Counted from the stretch's first letter, positions 41,224 through 51,959 are shown. The stretch: 58,617 nt of DNA from Alphaproteobacteria bacterium (GCA_024279115.1 JAJRRW010000048.1:1-58617); one strand, 5' to 3'. Program-made: numbers and translations. Notes: generated by a model from the sequence alone, not told the origin.

Positions 41224-41415
41224 GGTTGCAAATTGAGACACCATTTAGGGATTTGGCCCCGTATATTCATCGAGCGTGCACTCTTCCAGAGCTTTCATGA
41301 TGCCGCTCAAAAGTGCCAGGCGGAAAATTTGCCGTTGTTTTTCAACTGCTGGAGCGCCGTGCGTTTTCTGGGAGGCATTATGGCTGAGCGCACGATGCTC
41401 TAAAGCGGTTTACTT

Positions 41416-43509
41416 TCATGCGCTTTTCGCGCTTTTCGCTACCACCGGGAATTTGATATTCCAGGCGAACAGGGCGATGAAGCCGCCAAGCGCCATCATG
41501 TGGATGAGCAGTGGCGCGGGCCAGATCAGCGCGATGCCGACCCCAAGGCCCAGCAGGCGCGGCAAGATTGAGAGCCGGTTTTCCCAATGCCCCTCGACCG
41601 CAGCGCTTAAAATCCACAAGCCAAACAGGGCGAAAACGAAGATCTCCATCATTTTCAACCAGTCACCCGACAGCAAGGGGGTATAGGCAAACAGCAAGGG
41701 CACGACATAGAGGCCCTTGGCAATCTTCCAGGCGGAGAAGCCGGTTTTCATGGGAGGCGATTTGGCGATAGCGGCGGCGGTAAAGGCGGCGAGGCACACC
41801 GGCGGCGTGACATTGCTGTCTTGAGAAAGCCAAAAGATGATCATATGGGCCGACAATAAGGTGGTCAGCAATACCGCTGGATCAAACAGCTTGTCATAGA
41901 GCAGGCCAAGGGTCTCAAAGGGCAGATGCGAAACAATGGCGGAGGCTTCCACCTGGCTCATGGGGCCAGCCAGCGCGGCCAGCTTGTCGGGCACGGCGAT
42001 CATGAAGATTGCCCTGGCGGTTTCTGGAACCGAGCCGGCCACCAGCAAATCGACGATTTGTGATTGTAAGATAAGCTGATAAAGAGCCGGGGCCGACAAG
42101 GTGCCCAGCACAATATAAGCGGCGGTCACAGGCAGGCCCATGCCAAGGATCAGCGAGGCCAGCGCCACCAGCACAAAGGCAATCAGCAGCGAGCCGTTGG
42201 CCCAGCTTGAAATCATCAACGAAAAGGTATTGCCGATGCCTGCTGTGGCAATGACATTGACAATGAGGCCGACCGCGCATAGCAAAACGGCGGTCATAAT
42301 CATGTTTCGAGCCCCCAGTGACAAGGCTTCAAAAATTTCTTTTGGCCCCATTCTATGGGGGGTCAGCCACGAGGCGACAATGCAAGACAAGATCGCATAG
42401 CCCGCCGCATAAGTTGGCGTAAAGCCATTGACCAGTAAAGTGATCAACAAGGTGACGGGAATGATAAAAGAAGGGCCTCCATTTCTCATGACTTGCCAGA
42501 AGGAGGGAGCATCCTCGTCCATCAGCTGGTGGGCATGGGAGCGCCTCGCTTCAATGCGCACAAAAAACGCCACCGAGGCAAAATACAAAATGGCTGGCAA
42601 GACGCTCATGGCAACAATATGCGTGTAGGAGATTTGAGTGGTGGCGGCCATCACAAAGGCACCCGCTCCCATGATGGGGGGCATTAATTGTCCACCGGTG
42701 GAGGAGGAGGCTTCAACACCGGCGGCGAAGTGACCCGGAAACCCGGCCTTTTTCATCATCGGTATGGTGATGACGCCGGTGGAGGCGGTATTGGCGATGG
42801 CGGACCCCGAGATCGTCCCGGTCAGTCCGCTGGCCATAATAGCGACAAAGCCTGGCCCTCCGACAAAGCGGCCGGCCACCGCGCGCGACAGATCAATGAT
42901 GAATTGTCCGGCCCCCGATTTCAGCAAAAAAGCGCCAAACAGGATGAACATGAAAACAAAGGTTGAGCTGATACGGGCGATGGAGCCAAACAGGGCATCG
43001 TCGCCATAAATAGAGCGAAACATCAAGGTTTCCAGCGACAGGCCGCCAAAGGCGAAAATGCCGCCAATATGAGCCCCCCAAAAGCTGATATAAGACAGGG
43101 CAATGATAATCAGTATAGGTATGATCCAGCCCGTGGTGCGGCGGGTAAATTCGATGGCCCCGATAATGGTGATGATGCCGGCAATCCAGTCGAGGGGAAC
43201 AAGGCGTACGCCGCGCGCATAGATGTCGTCTTCGGCCAGCACCAGATAAATCGCGGAAGCGGCCACCGATAGTCCAAACCAGATATCAAGGGCGCGCAAG
43301 GCGGGAAATCTGGCGAAGATTTTGGGGGAGTAGGGATAGGCCAGCGAGCATAGAAGGGCAAAACCGGCGAAGTGGATGCCGTTTTGCAGCAAGGTCGAGA
43401 CATTGCCGAAAATATTCATCCAGATATGGCCGATGGCCAAAGCTACGCCAAGTCCGGCGCTGATCCAGGTCAGAAACTGGGGGTCGTGATAGTCTGCTTG
43501 TTCGCTCAT
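41416..43509 (-). CDS. TRAP transporter fused 4TM/12TM permease (TAXI-associated)
   Basis: EFTRR..GW, FILFGAFL, SGSAIAN, EA.SSTGGQLMPPIMGAGAFVMA, LGMGLP, SNVTPPV; start ATG 43509. Confidence 0.93.
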   Translation of the reverse strand: MSEQADYHDPQFLTWISAGLGVALAIGHIWMNIFGNVSTLLQNGIHFAGFALLCSLAYPYSPKIFARFPALRALDIWFGLSVAASAIYLVLAEDDIYARGVRLVPLDWIAGIITIIGAIEFTRRTTGWIIPILIIIALSYISFWGAHIGGIFAFGGLSLETLMFRSIYGDDALFGSIARISSTFVFMFILFGAFLLKSGAGQFIIDLSRAVAGRFVGGPGFVAIMASGLTGTISGSAIANTASTGVITIPMMKKAGFPGHFAAGVEASSSTGGQLMPPIMGAGAFVMAATTQISYTHIVAMSVLPAILYFASVAFFVRIEARRSHAHQLMDEDAPSFWQVMRNGGPSFIIPVTLLITLLVNGFTPTYAAGYAILSCIVASWLTPHRMGPKEIFEALSLGARNMIMTAVLLCAVGLIVNVIATAGIGNTFSLMISSWANGSLLIAFVLVALASLILGMGLPVTAAYIVLGTLSAPALYQLILQSQIVDLLVAGSVPETARAIFMIAVPDKLAALAGPMSQVEASAIVSHLPFETLGLLYDKLFDPAVLLTTLLSAHMIIFWLSQDSNVTPPVCLAAFTAAAIAKSPPMKTGFSAWKIAKGLYVVPLLFAYTPLLSGDWLKMMEIFVFALFGLWILSAAVEGHWENRLSILPRLLGLGVGIALIWPAPLLIHMMALGGFIALFAWNIKFPVVAKSAKSA

Positions 43510-43540
43510 GGTGGGTTTTGCGCTCTGCTGTTTTGAAGAT

Positions 43541-43665
43541 GTCATCCCCGCGAAGGCGGGGATCCATACTCCCTGAATTGTCATTCTTTGTCATAAACCA
43601 GATGCGAATTTCGGTGGGAAATTGCGCCCTCAGTGGTTATGGATCCCCGCCTTCGCGGGGATGAC
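43541..43665. repeat. REP doublet / MITE-like element (125 bp)
   Basis: Terminal inverted repeats GTCATCCCCGCGAAGGCGGGGATCCATA...TATGGATCCCCGCCTTCGCGGGGATGAC; homologous to 13224-13336 in opposite orientation. Confidence 0.85.
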
Positions 43666-43807
43666 ACATTGTGTAGAGTGTACATGTTTTGCAAAGCATA
43701 AATAATAACAAGCAATCAAAAAGTCTTTTCACGCATTGAATGATTAGCGAGAGAGCGGGGCTGCCGCCCTCTCGATCTTGTTCAAACGAGTTGGTTATGC
43801 AAGCAAG

Positions 43808-44857
43808 CTACTTGGCCATCAGCATTTCAGGAATTTTGATGCCGACTTCTTTATAGTAGCGAGCCGCGCCTGCATGCAGAGGCACTGGCAGACCAGCAAT
43901 GGCTTTTTCGATGGCCATGGCTTTGGTGGCCTTATGGATCGCATTGAGGAATGGCAGGTTCTCATAAATGGTTTTGGTAATGAGATAAACCGCTTCTTCA
44001 TTCACATCGACACTGGTGGCCAGGAAGTTGGGCTGGGCGATGGTGTTGATGTCTTTGTCCTGACCTGGATAGGTGCCGGCCTTGATGGTGTACGGGGTCC
44101 ACAGACCTTTGCCAGCATCAGCCTTTTTGGCCTGTTCAGGGGTGAAGGACAGCATTTGCACTTTGCCTTTGGAGGCAGCAAACAGCTTTGTCACAGCGCC
44201 GCCGGGGACGCCAGAAGGGGTGCCCATACCAGCCGCTTTACCATTTTGAACAGCGTTTGCAGAGGGACCGTAGCCGCCATGGACAAGCTTGTAATCCTTG
44301 TCGATATCAACGCCAAGCTCTTTGAGCAATGTGCGGTTGGAGCCGATGGTACCGGAGTTCTTTTTGCCCATGGCCATAGCCTGGCCCTTGAGACCGGCAA
44401 GATCCGACACGGTGCCGGTTTTAACATGTTGTTTGGCGATGACGAATTGCTCGACATTTTGCCACAACATGCTGACGGCGCGCAGTTTCTTTTGCGGGCC
44501 ATCGGCTTTTACAGGGCCGGTGCCCGTGGCGGCATAGTGACCAAACAAACCTTGCAGGATGGCGAACTGGGCTTCATTTTCGCGTAGCAGGCGCACATTT
44601 TCGCCAGAACCAGCCGAGTTGATGGCCGACATGCCAATTTTCTTTTTCGGCTGCAATTTGACTTTGGTCAGCGTGGCGATGGCAACGCCGACGGGATAAT
44701 AGGTGCCGCCCGTGGAAGCGGTTGCCAGGATGAAGTTTTGCGGTTTGGGTTTCATGGGTTTTTTGCCATGACTTGCCGCGACCACCGAGACGGAAAAGAT
44801 CGATGCGGCGGTCAAGGCGCCAAGGGCAATGCCCAGAGTACGTTTTGGATTATTCAT
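43808..44857 (-). CDS. TAXI family TRAP solute-binding protein
   Basis: Signal peptide, ATASTGGTYYPVG, SAGSGEN, G..NSGT, PLH.GAARYYKE; RBS GGAGG before ATG 44857. Confidence 0.93.
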   Translation of the reverse strand: MNNPKRTLGIALGALTAASIFSVSVVAASHGKKPMKPKPQNFILATASTGGTYYPVGVAIATLTKVKLQPKKKIGMSAINSAGSGENVRLLRENEAQFAILQGLFGHYAATGTGPVKADGPQKKLRAVSMLWQNVEQFVIAKQHVKTGTVSDLAGLKGQAMAMGKKNSGTIGSNRTLLKELGVDIDKDYKLVHGGYGPSANAVQNGKAAGMGTPSGVPGGAVTKLFAASKGKVQMLSFTPEQAKKADAGKGLWTPYTIKAGTYPGQDKDINTIAQPNFLATSVDVNEEAVYLITKTIYENLPFLNAIHKATKAMAIEKAIAGLPVPLHAGAARYYKEVGIKIPEMLMAK

Positions 44858-44910
44858 GAGTTCCTCCCAGAACAAGATGAGATTAGGGGCGATCTGCCCA
44901 TCTATATATT

Positions 44911-45048
44911 AGCAAGGTCCAGGCCAACTTGGTAAACAAAGTGTAAACATTTGATATGTAAGGAAAATCCAATATTGTGGGGGCGGCCCGGCATTGAATT
45001 TCGGCAATAAACCGCTGATCGAAGGGGCAAATCGGCATAATCTCGCCG
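44911..45048 (-). promoter_or_regulatory. sigma54 promoter with IHF site and tandem putative activator sites
   Basis: TTGGCCTGGACCTTGCT (GG-N10-GC, 44911-44927), TATCAAatgtTTA IHF consensus (44944-44956), CGGC-N8-GC(T/C)G at 45002-45017 and 45033-45048. Confidence 0.75.
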
Positions 45049-45072
45049 ATTGGGGACGGGGCGCATGGGACT

Positions 45073-46434
45073 CTAGCCCGAATATTTCTCTTTGGCCAGG
45101 CCGTATTTGACCATTTTGTCATTGAGGGTGCGCCTTGGCAGGCCAAGGTCGAGCATCACGTCTGAAATATTGCCCTCATATTTGGCAAGAGCGCTGGCGA
45201 TGACATCGCGTTCAAACTGGTTCATCTGATCTTTGAGGGAGCCGTTGCCGCGATCTTCATGGGGTTTGGCGCCTTGGACCAATTCGCTGATCCGGGCTCG
45301 GCCTGCCCCCCGCCACAAGGTGAAACGCTCTGAAATATTTTTCAATTCGCGCACATTGCCGGGCCAATCATGAGCGCGCAGGCTCGCCAGATCATCTGGC
45401 GACACTTTGGGAGCATCGCGCTTGAATTCCCGTTCGGCGATTTGCACGAAATGTTCGAACAGCAAGATGACATCATCTCCGCGCTCGCGTAATGGCGGCA
45501 CATATAATTCAATGGTGTTGACCCGGTAATAAAGATCGGCGCGAAAGCGATCCTCCTTGATGGCTTTGTCAATGGTTTCATTGGTTGCCGATACCAGTCG
45601 GATATCGATATCGAGCGTTTTGGTGGATCCGACCGGCATAATCTGGCGCTCTTGCAAGACGCGCAACAACTTGGCCTGCATGGGCAAGGGCAGGTTGATG
45701 ATTTCGTCCAGAAAAATGGTGCCATGGTTGGCGTGTTCGAAAAAACCGGTCTTCTTGTTGATCGCCCCGGTGAAGGCACCGGCCTCGTGACCCAAAAATT
45801 CACTCTCGAACAATTCGGCGGCAATGGCTCCGCAATCAATGGCGGTAAAAGGGTTTGGGGCTCGATTGCTAAAGTCATGCAGGGCTCTGGCGATCACTTC
45901 CTTGCCGGTGCCGGTCTCTCCTTGCAACAAAATATTGACATTGGTAGAGGCCAGATCGGTGATTTCGTTGCGCAGCGCCTGGATGGCTTTGCAATCGCCA
46001 ATCAAGCGTTTGGCGAGGCCGGAAACATCAGCGAGTTTGCCGCGCAGACGGCGATTTTCGAGCACCAGCGTGCGGTGATCATGGGCCCGCGAAACGACCT
46101 CTAAAAGCCGGTCCGGGGAAAATGGTTTTTCAAGGAAATCATGGGCCGATTTCTTCATCGCCTCGACCGCCATAGCCACTTCGCCATGGCCGGTGATCAA
46201 GATGACTGGAATGTCAGTATCAATATTGATGACGGCTTCCAGCACCTCCATGCCGCTAATGCCGGGCATCTTGACATCGGACACAACCACACCGTCAAAA
46301 TCGGCGGACAGTTGTGCAAGCGCCTCATGGCCACTGGAAAAAGAGCGCACATTGAAATCTGAAAGATCGAGCCATTGTTCAACCGATCGGCGCATCACCT
46401 GTTCGTCATCAATGAGCACAACATTTTTGGTCAT
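45073..46434 (-). CDS. dctD: sigma54-dependent response regulator, DctD type
   Basis: Receiver (IDDE, SDVKMPG, TGHG, KP), GETGTGKE, GAFTGA, WPGNVREL, Fis-type HTH. Confidence 0.88.
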   Translation of the reverse strand: MTKNVVLIDDEQVMRRSVEQWLDLSDFNVRSFSSGHEALAQLSADFDGVVVSDVKMPGISGMEVLEAVINIDTDIPVILITGHGEVAMAVEAMKKSAHDFLEKPFSPDRLLEVVSRAHDHRTLVLENRRLRGKLADVSGLAKRLIGDCKAIQALRNEITDLASTNVNILLQGETGTGKEVIARALHDFSNRAPNPFTAIDCGAIAAELFESEFLGHEAGAFTGAINKKTGFFEHANHGTIFLDEIINLPLPMQAKLLRVLQERQIMPVGSTKTLDIDIRLVSATNETIDKAIKEDRFRADLYYRVNTIELYVPPLRERGDDVILLFEHFVQIAEREFKRDAPKVSPDDLASLRAHDWPGNVRELKNISERFTLWRGAGRARISELVQGAKPHEDRGNGSLKDQMNQFERDVIASALAKYEGNISDVMLDLGLPRRTLNDKMVKYGLAKEKYSG

Positions 46435-48239
46435 CTAGCGGTCTCCAGTATTTTATGCTCGACAGGTTCTGGCGCCAAGCCAAGCCGGACCGAGAAGGAG
46501 GCGCCGCCACGGGGAAGATTGCGGGCTCGCAGCTTGCCCCCCATTTCCTCGACAATACCGTAAGAAATGGCCAGCCCAAGCCCTGTTCCCTCGCCCAGGG
46601 GCTTGGTTGTAAAAAAGGGATCGAACAGATATTCGGCGACTTTGCTGGAGAGCCCGATACCATTATCTTCAATACGCAGAACCGCCTGGTTGTTTTCGAC
46701 TTTCAAGGAGACGATGAGCTGGTGCTGGTTGGTGCGGACTGACATGGCGTCCAGCGCATTGCGAATAAGATTGATCAACACCTGTTCGATGCGGGTCAAG
46801 CTGCCCTCAACCCAGACGGGATGAGCGGATATAGTGCGCCTGATGGCCACATCATTGCTGTGAAATTCGGCGTCGAACAATTTCATCGAATTGGCAATAG
46901 CGACGCGCAGATCAACACGGGAATGTTGTTCGTTGGAATTTCTGGCCAGTAATTTCAGATCACCGGTGATGAGCGCCAGGCGTTCCGTCATTTTTGAAAT
47001 ATCATCAAGGGCAAGCACAGCATCCTCGCTATTGCCGCGCTCCAGCAACAGTTTACCGCTGGCGGCAAAGGTGCGAATGGCGGCAATCGGTTGATTGACC
47101 TCGTGGGCAATGGCCGCCGACATGCGGCCAAGAGCGGCCATTTTTGTCGCCAGAACAAGTTCTTTTTGGGCATTGCGCAACTCTTTTTCAACATGTTTGC
47201 GGGTGTTGATTTCCGCTTCCAGCTGTTCGTTTATCCGCTTGATGCGGCGGGCTTCGCGCGCTTCCTTGTCAAGCACCAGCTTGCGCGTGCGCTCGCGCAG
47301 ATACAAAAAAATCATCAAGGATAAAAAGCCAACGGTCAGCAACAGGATCATCGACAGCCATTTGGCGTTTTTGGCCGCCCCAAGTTCAGCAAGATAATAG
47401 ACCGTCAGGCCGTTCTGGTCGGGTTGGCTGGCAAAGGCATGATATTGGACCCTGTTGATGGACACGGGACCTTGAAACTGCTGTTGGCTGCCTTTGAAAT
47501 CCAAGGGGTCGAGGCTTTGCTCCTCGAAGATGCGGCTTGCGGCAATTTTCTCACGTGGTTTGATCGACAAGGGTTTGGTTGTTTTATAGATCCAGTCGAG
47601 ATTGCTGGACAAGATGATGACATCATCCTTACTGGTCACAAAGACGTTCTCGCCGCCTTCTTGCCACTCGGACTGCAGCTGCTCCAGCTCCACTTTGACG
47701 ACAACGACGCCGAGCACGGTTTTGGTTTGCTGGCGCGCATAAATTGGCCGGGAAAAGAAATATCCCGCCCGTTTGGTTGTCACGCCAATCGCGAACAAGC
47801 GCCCCTCGCGTCCCGCCAGAGCCTGTTTGAAATAGGGCCGAAAACCGTAATTATTGCCTTCAAAACTCTTGGCCTGTTGCCAGTTACTGGAGGCGATGGT
47901 GCGGCCGGTTTTATCAAGCACATAAATCACCGCCCCGTTGGAGGCCGTGTTGATGCTCGACAGATAGGTGCGGGCCTCAGCGAGGCCTTGATGCTTTTCC
48001 AGCAAGTCGGAGATCACGGGATGGCGAGAAATCACCATTGGCAGATAGCGCAGGCGGCTGATGGCATTGTTCAAGGTGCTCTTGTACAGCAAGGTGCGCT
48101 CGACGGCCGTTGTTTTGATGCTCGACAATGACCAGCGTTCGACAAATAGCCCGCCAAACCAGGACAGGCCCAAAATGGCTATGGCGAATAGGCCATAAAG
48201 AACATGGTTCCAGTCAGCTTGGCGTCGAGCGGTTCGCAT
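46431..48239 (-). CDS. dctB: Cache-domain sensor histidine kinase, DctB type
   Basis: ASSNW...SF.G.NYGFRPYF, AIGVTT...GYF, AHEVNQP H-box, EDNG.G, FFTTK..G.GTGLGL. Confidence 0.88.
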   Translation of the reverse strand: MRTARRQADWNHVLYGLFAIAILGLSWFGGLFVERWSLSSIKTTAVERTLLYKSTLNNAISRLRYLPMVISRHPVISDLLEKHQGLAEARTYLSSINTASNGAVIYVLDKTGRTIASSNWQQAKSFEGNNYGFRPYFKQALAGREGRLFAIGVTTKRAGYFFSRPIYARQQTKTVLGVVVVKVELEQLQSEWQEGGENVFVTSKDDVIILSSNLDWIYKTTKPLSIKPREKIAASRIFEEQSLDPLDFKGSQQQFQGPVSINRVQYHAFASQPDQNGLTVYYLAELGAAKNAKWLSMILLLTVGFLSLMIFLYLRERTRKLVLDKEAREARRIKRINEQLEAEINTRKHVEKELRNAQKELVLATKMAALGRMSAAIAHEVNQPIAAIRTFAASGKLLLERGNSEDAVLALDDISKMTERLALITGDLKLLARNSNEQHSRVDLRVAIANSMKLFDAEFHSNDVAIRRTISAHPVWVEGSLTRIEQVLINLIRNALDAMSVRTNQHQLIVSLKVENNQAVLRIEDNGIGLSSKVAEYLFDPFFTTKPLGEGTGLGLAISYGIVEEMGGKLRARNLPRGGASFSVRLGLAPEPVEHKILETAR

Positions 48240-48440
48240 GGGGTTTCCAGATGATATGTTTGAGCGCACAGAGCGCTAAGGCTGTTATATCACAAAAAGC
48301 CCGACGAACTTTGTTATTGTCGCGATCGTGGTTTCCATCACCAAAGCCCCTGAACACAGAACGCTGAAACCTGGCCCCCTGTGTCCTGGCCCTTTGGCCG
48401 CGAAAAAACCAACAGCGGCTCGCCGCGCCCCGGTCCGCCC

Positions 48441-49265
48441 CTAGGGGGTTCCTCTAAGGCCGGTGAGAACCGCAATGGTTGAGCTGATGCTGGCTTTTTT
48501 CGGCAGATCATTGGCAATATTAAAGGCCACGGCTGCCTGTCTTGTTTCTGGTTTGTCATAACCATCAACGGGGCCAGGATTATAGCCCATGCTGGCGAGC
48601 AGGGATTGCATCTTGTGAATTCTGCTATCACGTATGCGAGCCGAGGCAATCGCTGGTGTCGATGTTGAAACCATAACCGCTTTGGGAGCGGCAGCGACGA
48701 TTTTTGGGGCCGCAACGGTTTTTGTCGTCGCGGCAACGGTTTTGGGCGCGGCAACGGCTTTTGCAGTCGCAACAACTTTGGGAGCAGCAACGGTTTTGGC
48801 AGCCGCAACGGCAACCGGCTTGGCAATTGCTGGCGATTTATGTTTTCCGGTCAGCATGGTAAGCACGGCCATGGTTGAACCGGCGCTGGCTTTTTCTGGC
48901 AATCCGTTGGCAAGATTAAATGCTCCCGCCGCTTTTCGTGTTTGCGGGCCGTCATAGCCATCGGCGGGGCCGGCATCATATCCCATGCCAGAGAGCAGGG
49001 ATTGCATTTTCATGATTCTATTGTCAGGTTTTGCTGCCATCACGGGCTTGGCTTTTTGCCGCTTTACGACCCTTGGCGCTTTCTTTTTAACAGCTTTGAC
49101 TTCGGCTGGTTTTTTTTCGCAATATTTGTCTTCCACATAGACATCAATGCCAAAAATCGGGTGTGTTTGTATGCATTTGCTCATCGCCGGGCTTGTTGAT
49201 CCAGCCAGAGCAAAGATTGAAATTGCCATGCCTGACAGCAGCAGATTTGCTGATCGTTTCGTCAT
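48441..49265 (-). CDS. Secreted protein with two peptidoglycan-binding-like domains and a low-complexity AAPKTV linker
   Basis: Signal peptide; duplicated RI.KMQSLL..MGY..GP.DGYD.P.TR.A..AFN.AN.LP motif (PG_binding_1-like); 18-nt degenerate repeats ~48680-48820. Confidence 0.75.
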   Translation of the reverse strand: MTKRSANLLLSGMAISIFALAGSTSPAMSKCIQTHPIFGIDVYVEDKYCEKKPAEVKAVKKKAPRVVKRQKAKPVMAAKPDNRIMKMQSLLSGMGYDAGPADGYDGPQTRKAAGAFNLANGLPEKASAGSTMAVLTMLTGKHKSPAIAKPVAVAAAKTVAAPKVVATAKAVAAPKTVAATTKTVAAPKIVAAAPKAVMVSTSTPAIASARIRDSRIHKMQSLLASMGYNPGPVDGYDKPETRQAAVAFNIANDLPKKASISSTIAVLTGLRGTP

Positions 49266-49405
49266 TAGAGTATCTCCCATTCCCTTTTTTTTGGAGTTTA
49301 TTCTCGTAAGGGTTCGTGTGAGTTTATCAAATTTAATGTCGATTGGGCAAGAAATTACTTGGCGACATTGCAGGGGAGGGGCGTGGAGCAGGCTTTTATT
49401 GTCCC

Positions 49406-49789
49406 CTAGCACAGATCAACGGCATATTTTTTCAAGATCTCGATGGGGACGATTTCGGTCATTTTCATGTGAGTTGCGCCAAGCACCAGACGTGGTGCCA
49501 TATCGGCTTCCAGAGCCTCCTTCCAGCGCAGTCCGCAAAGGCACCAGCGATCGCCGGGTTTGAGACCGGGAAAACCAAATTCGGGCATGGCTGTCGAGAG
49601 ATCATTGCCCTTTGAGGCGGAATAAGCCAAAAATTCGGCGGTTGCTTCAATACACACCACATGTCGCCCGTGGTCCTGCTCGCCAGTAGCGCATTGGCCG
49701 TCACGATAAAATCCGGTCAGCGGGTTGATGGAGCAAGGCGACAACTCGCTGCCCCAGACATTCAACTGTGTTTCATTCTTTTGCGGCAT
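49406..49789 (-). CDS. DUF2237 family protein
   Basis: NV.G..L.PCS..PLTGFYRDG.C, GNDLST, LKPGDRWCLC..RW. Confidence 0.88.
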   Translation of the reverse strand: MPQKNETQLNVWGSELSPCSINPLTGFYRDGQCATGEQDHGRHVVCIEATAEFLAYSASKGNDLSTAMPEFGFPGLKPGDRWCLCGLRWKEALEADMAPRLVLGATHMKMTEIVPIEILKKYAVDLC

Positions 49790-49870
49790 GAGGATCCCTT
49801 CAAGTTATTCAGACGCGAATATAGAGTGATATGTAAAGGGGCGCCAGTTTATAAAGCGCATGTCCGATGG

Positions 49871-50538
49871 CTATTGCAGGTTCATGCGCAAAGCGGCGGC
49901 CGCAGCAAAGGGCGTGAGGACAATGGTGGCCAGCGTTATGGCGCCAAGAATGGCGAACGAGGTCGAAAAATTGCCGGGTCCAACCAGCACCGCATCCATG
50001 GCGGAAATGCCAAAGATCAGCACCGGAATATAGAGCGGCAGAATAAGCAGCGACAAGAGCTGGCCGCCGCGTCCCAGCCCCAGCGTCAGCCCCGCTCCCA
50101 CGGCGCCAAAAAAACTCACCGCCGGAGTGCCCGCCAGCATCGACACCACCAGCACCCAAAAACCATGAGCGGGCAGGTTGAGAAACATACCCAGCACCGG
50201 TGCCATCAGCACCAGCGGAATAGCGGTGGAAATCCAGTGCGCCGTCGCCTTGGCCACCGTTACCAGCTCAAGCGGCAGCGGCCCCATGGCAATCACCTCC
50301 AGCGTGCCATCCTCATAATCATTATGAAAAATCCGGTCCACAGATAATAAAGCCGACAGCAACAAAGTCCCCAAAGCACGCCCGGGGCAATCTTTGATAG
50401 GACCGCCAGGTCCGGTCCGATGCCAATCGACAGGATCGACACGACAATCAGGTAAAAGCCCAGCGCCGTGCCAATCGCTCCGCCTTCGCGAAACGCCACC
50501 TGCAGATCTCGTTTTATCAGTGTGAAAAATGGGCTCAT
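49871..50538 (-). CDS. ccmB: Heme exporter protein B, split by a 1-nt deletion at ~50369-50372
   Basis: KRDLQVAFR..G, IGPD...L..IAPGVLW in one frame; LLS.DRIF..DYEDGTLE, LLILPLYIPVLIFG in the next; one added base gives 222 aa. Confidence 0.9.
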
Positions 50539-50695
50539 GCGGGAGGTGTAGCAAAGGGAAGGGGCGGGTGCAATGAATTGCGCTTATCAGCCAAATTTTA
50601 GAAGTGCACTGCAGATTGTTAGCCAGACGACCCTTGAAAAAACCGTGCTGCAATGCAAAAACCAAGCAGTTGCGTATATTCCTTGGGGGGACAAA

Positions 50696-51959
50696 ATGGA
50701 TAACATCCAAAACTGCACGACCTGGTTTTGCAAACTTCAGGTTGCTGTTCAAAAAGATCTAACCATCTCCATTGTTGCCGCTGTGATCATCGGATTGATA
50801 TTGCTGGCATTGGGCGCGATATTGAGGAAATTTATATGGCCAGTAATTTCTAAATGGGCCTCACGCAAGAAAAACTTAATAATTGAAAATGAACGCCTTG
50901 ATAGAAAACTAAAACGGGGATTTGGCGCTGTTGCACAAGCGGATCATGGCACTCATAAAAGCGAGGGCAGTGGTCTTTGGTTAACTAAGCCGGTAACACA
51001 AACTAAAAACTATCGCACGGACCTAATTGACAGCATACCCATCTGGGTCATAGCCAACCTTAAGGGAGGAGGGGGAAAAACAACCAACGCAACAAATCTC
51101 GCCGCGTACTATGCGATGAAGGCAGAGACTGATTGCGCTAAACCTGTCCTGCTCATCGACCTTGATTATCAGGGATCAGCCTCTTCGATGTGTGTCGAAG
51201 ACAATCAACAAATTCCAGGCGACAGCTTTAATTCCATGGCAACTGATTTGGTCAACGGGCAATTGACGGCTGCTGAACTGGTGCAAAATGCGAAACCCGT
51301 AAGAAAAAACGATATGATAGACGGTTTACCACTAGATATCGTACCGGCCTATTACGACCTTGCTCTGGCAGAAAACCGCCTGATGATTGAATGGCTGTTT
51401 AGCGAAAATGAGAAAGATATTCGCTATCAATTAGCAAATATTCTTCATGACCCCCTTGTTCAGAGCAAATATAGCCGTATTATCATTGATGCTCCGCCGC
51501 GCCTGACAACCGCCTGCATTCAGGCCTTGTGCGCGTCAACCCATTTGCTCATCCCAACTATTCTTGATAAACTCAGCAGTGAAGCGGTCTCTACATTTAT
51601 CAAGCAGGTTAAGGACCTACAAAAAGCCGAAGTCTGTCCTTATATTAAATTTGCTGGTGTCATCGGCTATCGCCCCGGAGATACGGACGAGGGGAGATTA
51701 ACCAATGCTGAGAGGCAGGCAATTGCAAGGGCGGAAAATACGATTACAGATGCCTTGAGGAGCTACCAAGAGAGCGAAGATCTGTATTTAAAGGATGCAA
51801 AGCTGGTCTACAATAAGTTCTTATCCATAATGTGCGGGGAATTCTATCGCGATAGCAAGAACTTCTGGAAGCGTAGGGCTCATGAACAGTGCATATGGTG
51901 ATGCACGGACAGCGTTTGATACGTTAGCGCACGAAATCGAAAAAAGGAATTTGAGATGA
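50696..51959 (+). CDS. ParA/MinD-family ATPase with N-terminal TM anchor; probable 1-nt insertion at ~51836-51839
   Basis: TM ISIVAAVIIGLILLALGAIL; NLKGGGGKTT, LLIDLDYQGSAS, IIIDAPP; removing one G gives a ParA-like end ..ARTAFDTLAHEIEKRNLR* whose TGA overlaps the next ATG. Confidence 0.8.

Noticed and set aside
43510..43584. N-terminal extension MTIQGVWIPAFAGMT of the TRAP permease
   Set aside because: WIPAFAGMT is the translated REP arm; ATG 43509 is the more plausible start.
49871..50752. 293-aa ORF suggesting CcmB with a novel N-terminus
   Set aside because: Artefact of the single-base frameshift; the true CcmB N-terminus is in ORF 50293-50538.
50696..51959. Chromosomal parA or a plasmid partition locus
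   Set aside because: No parB, parS-like palindrome, gidAB or rep gene nearby, and it has a TM anchor.
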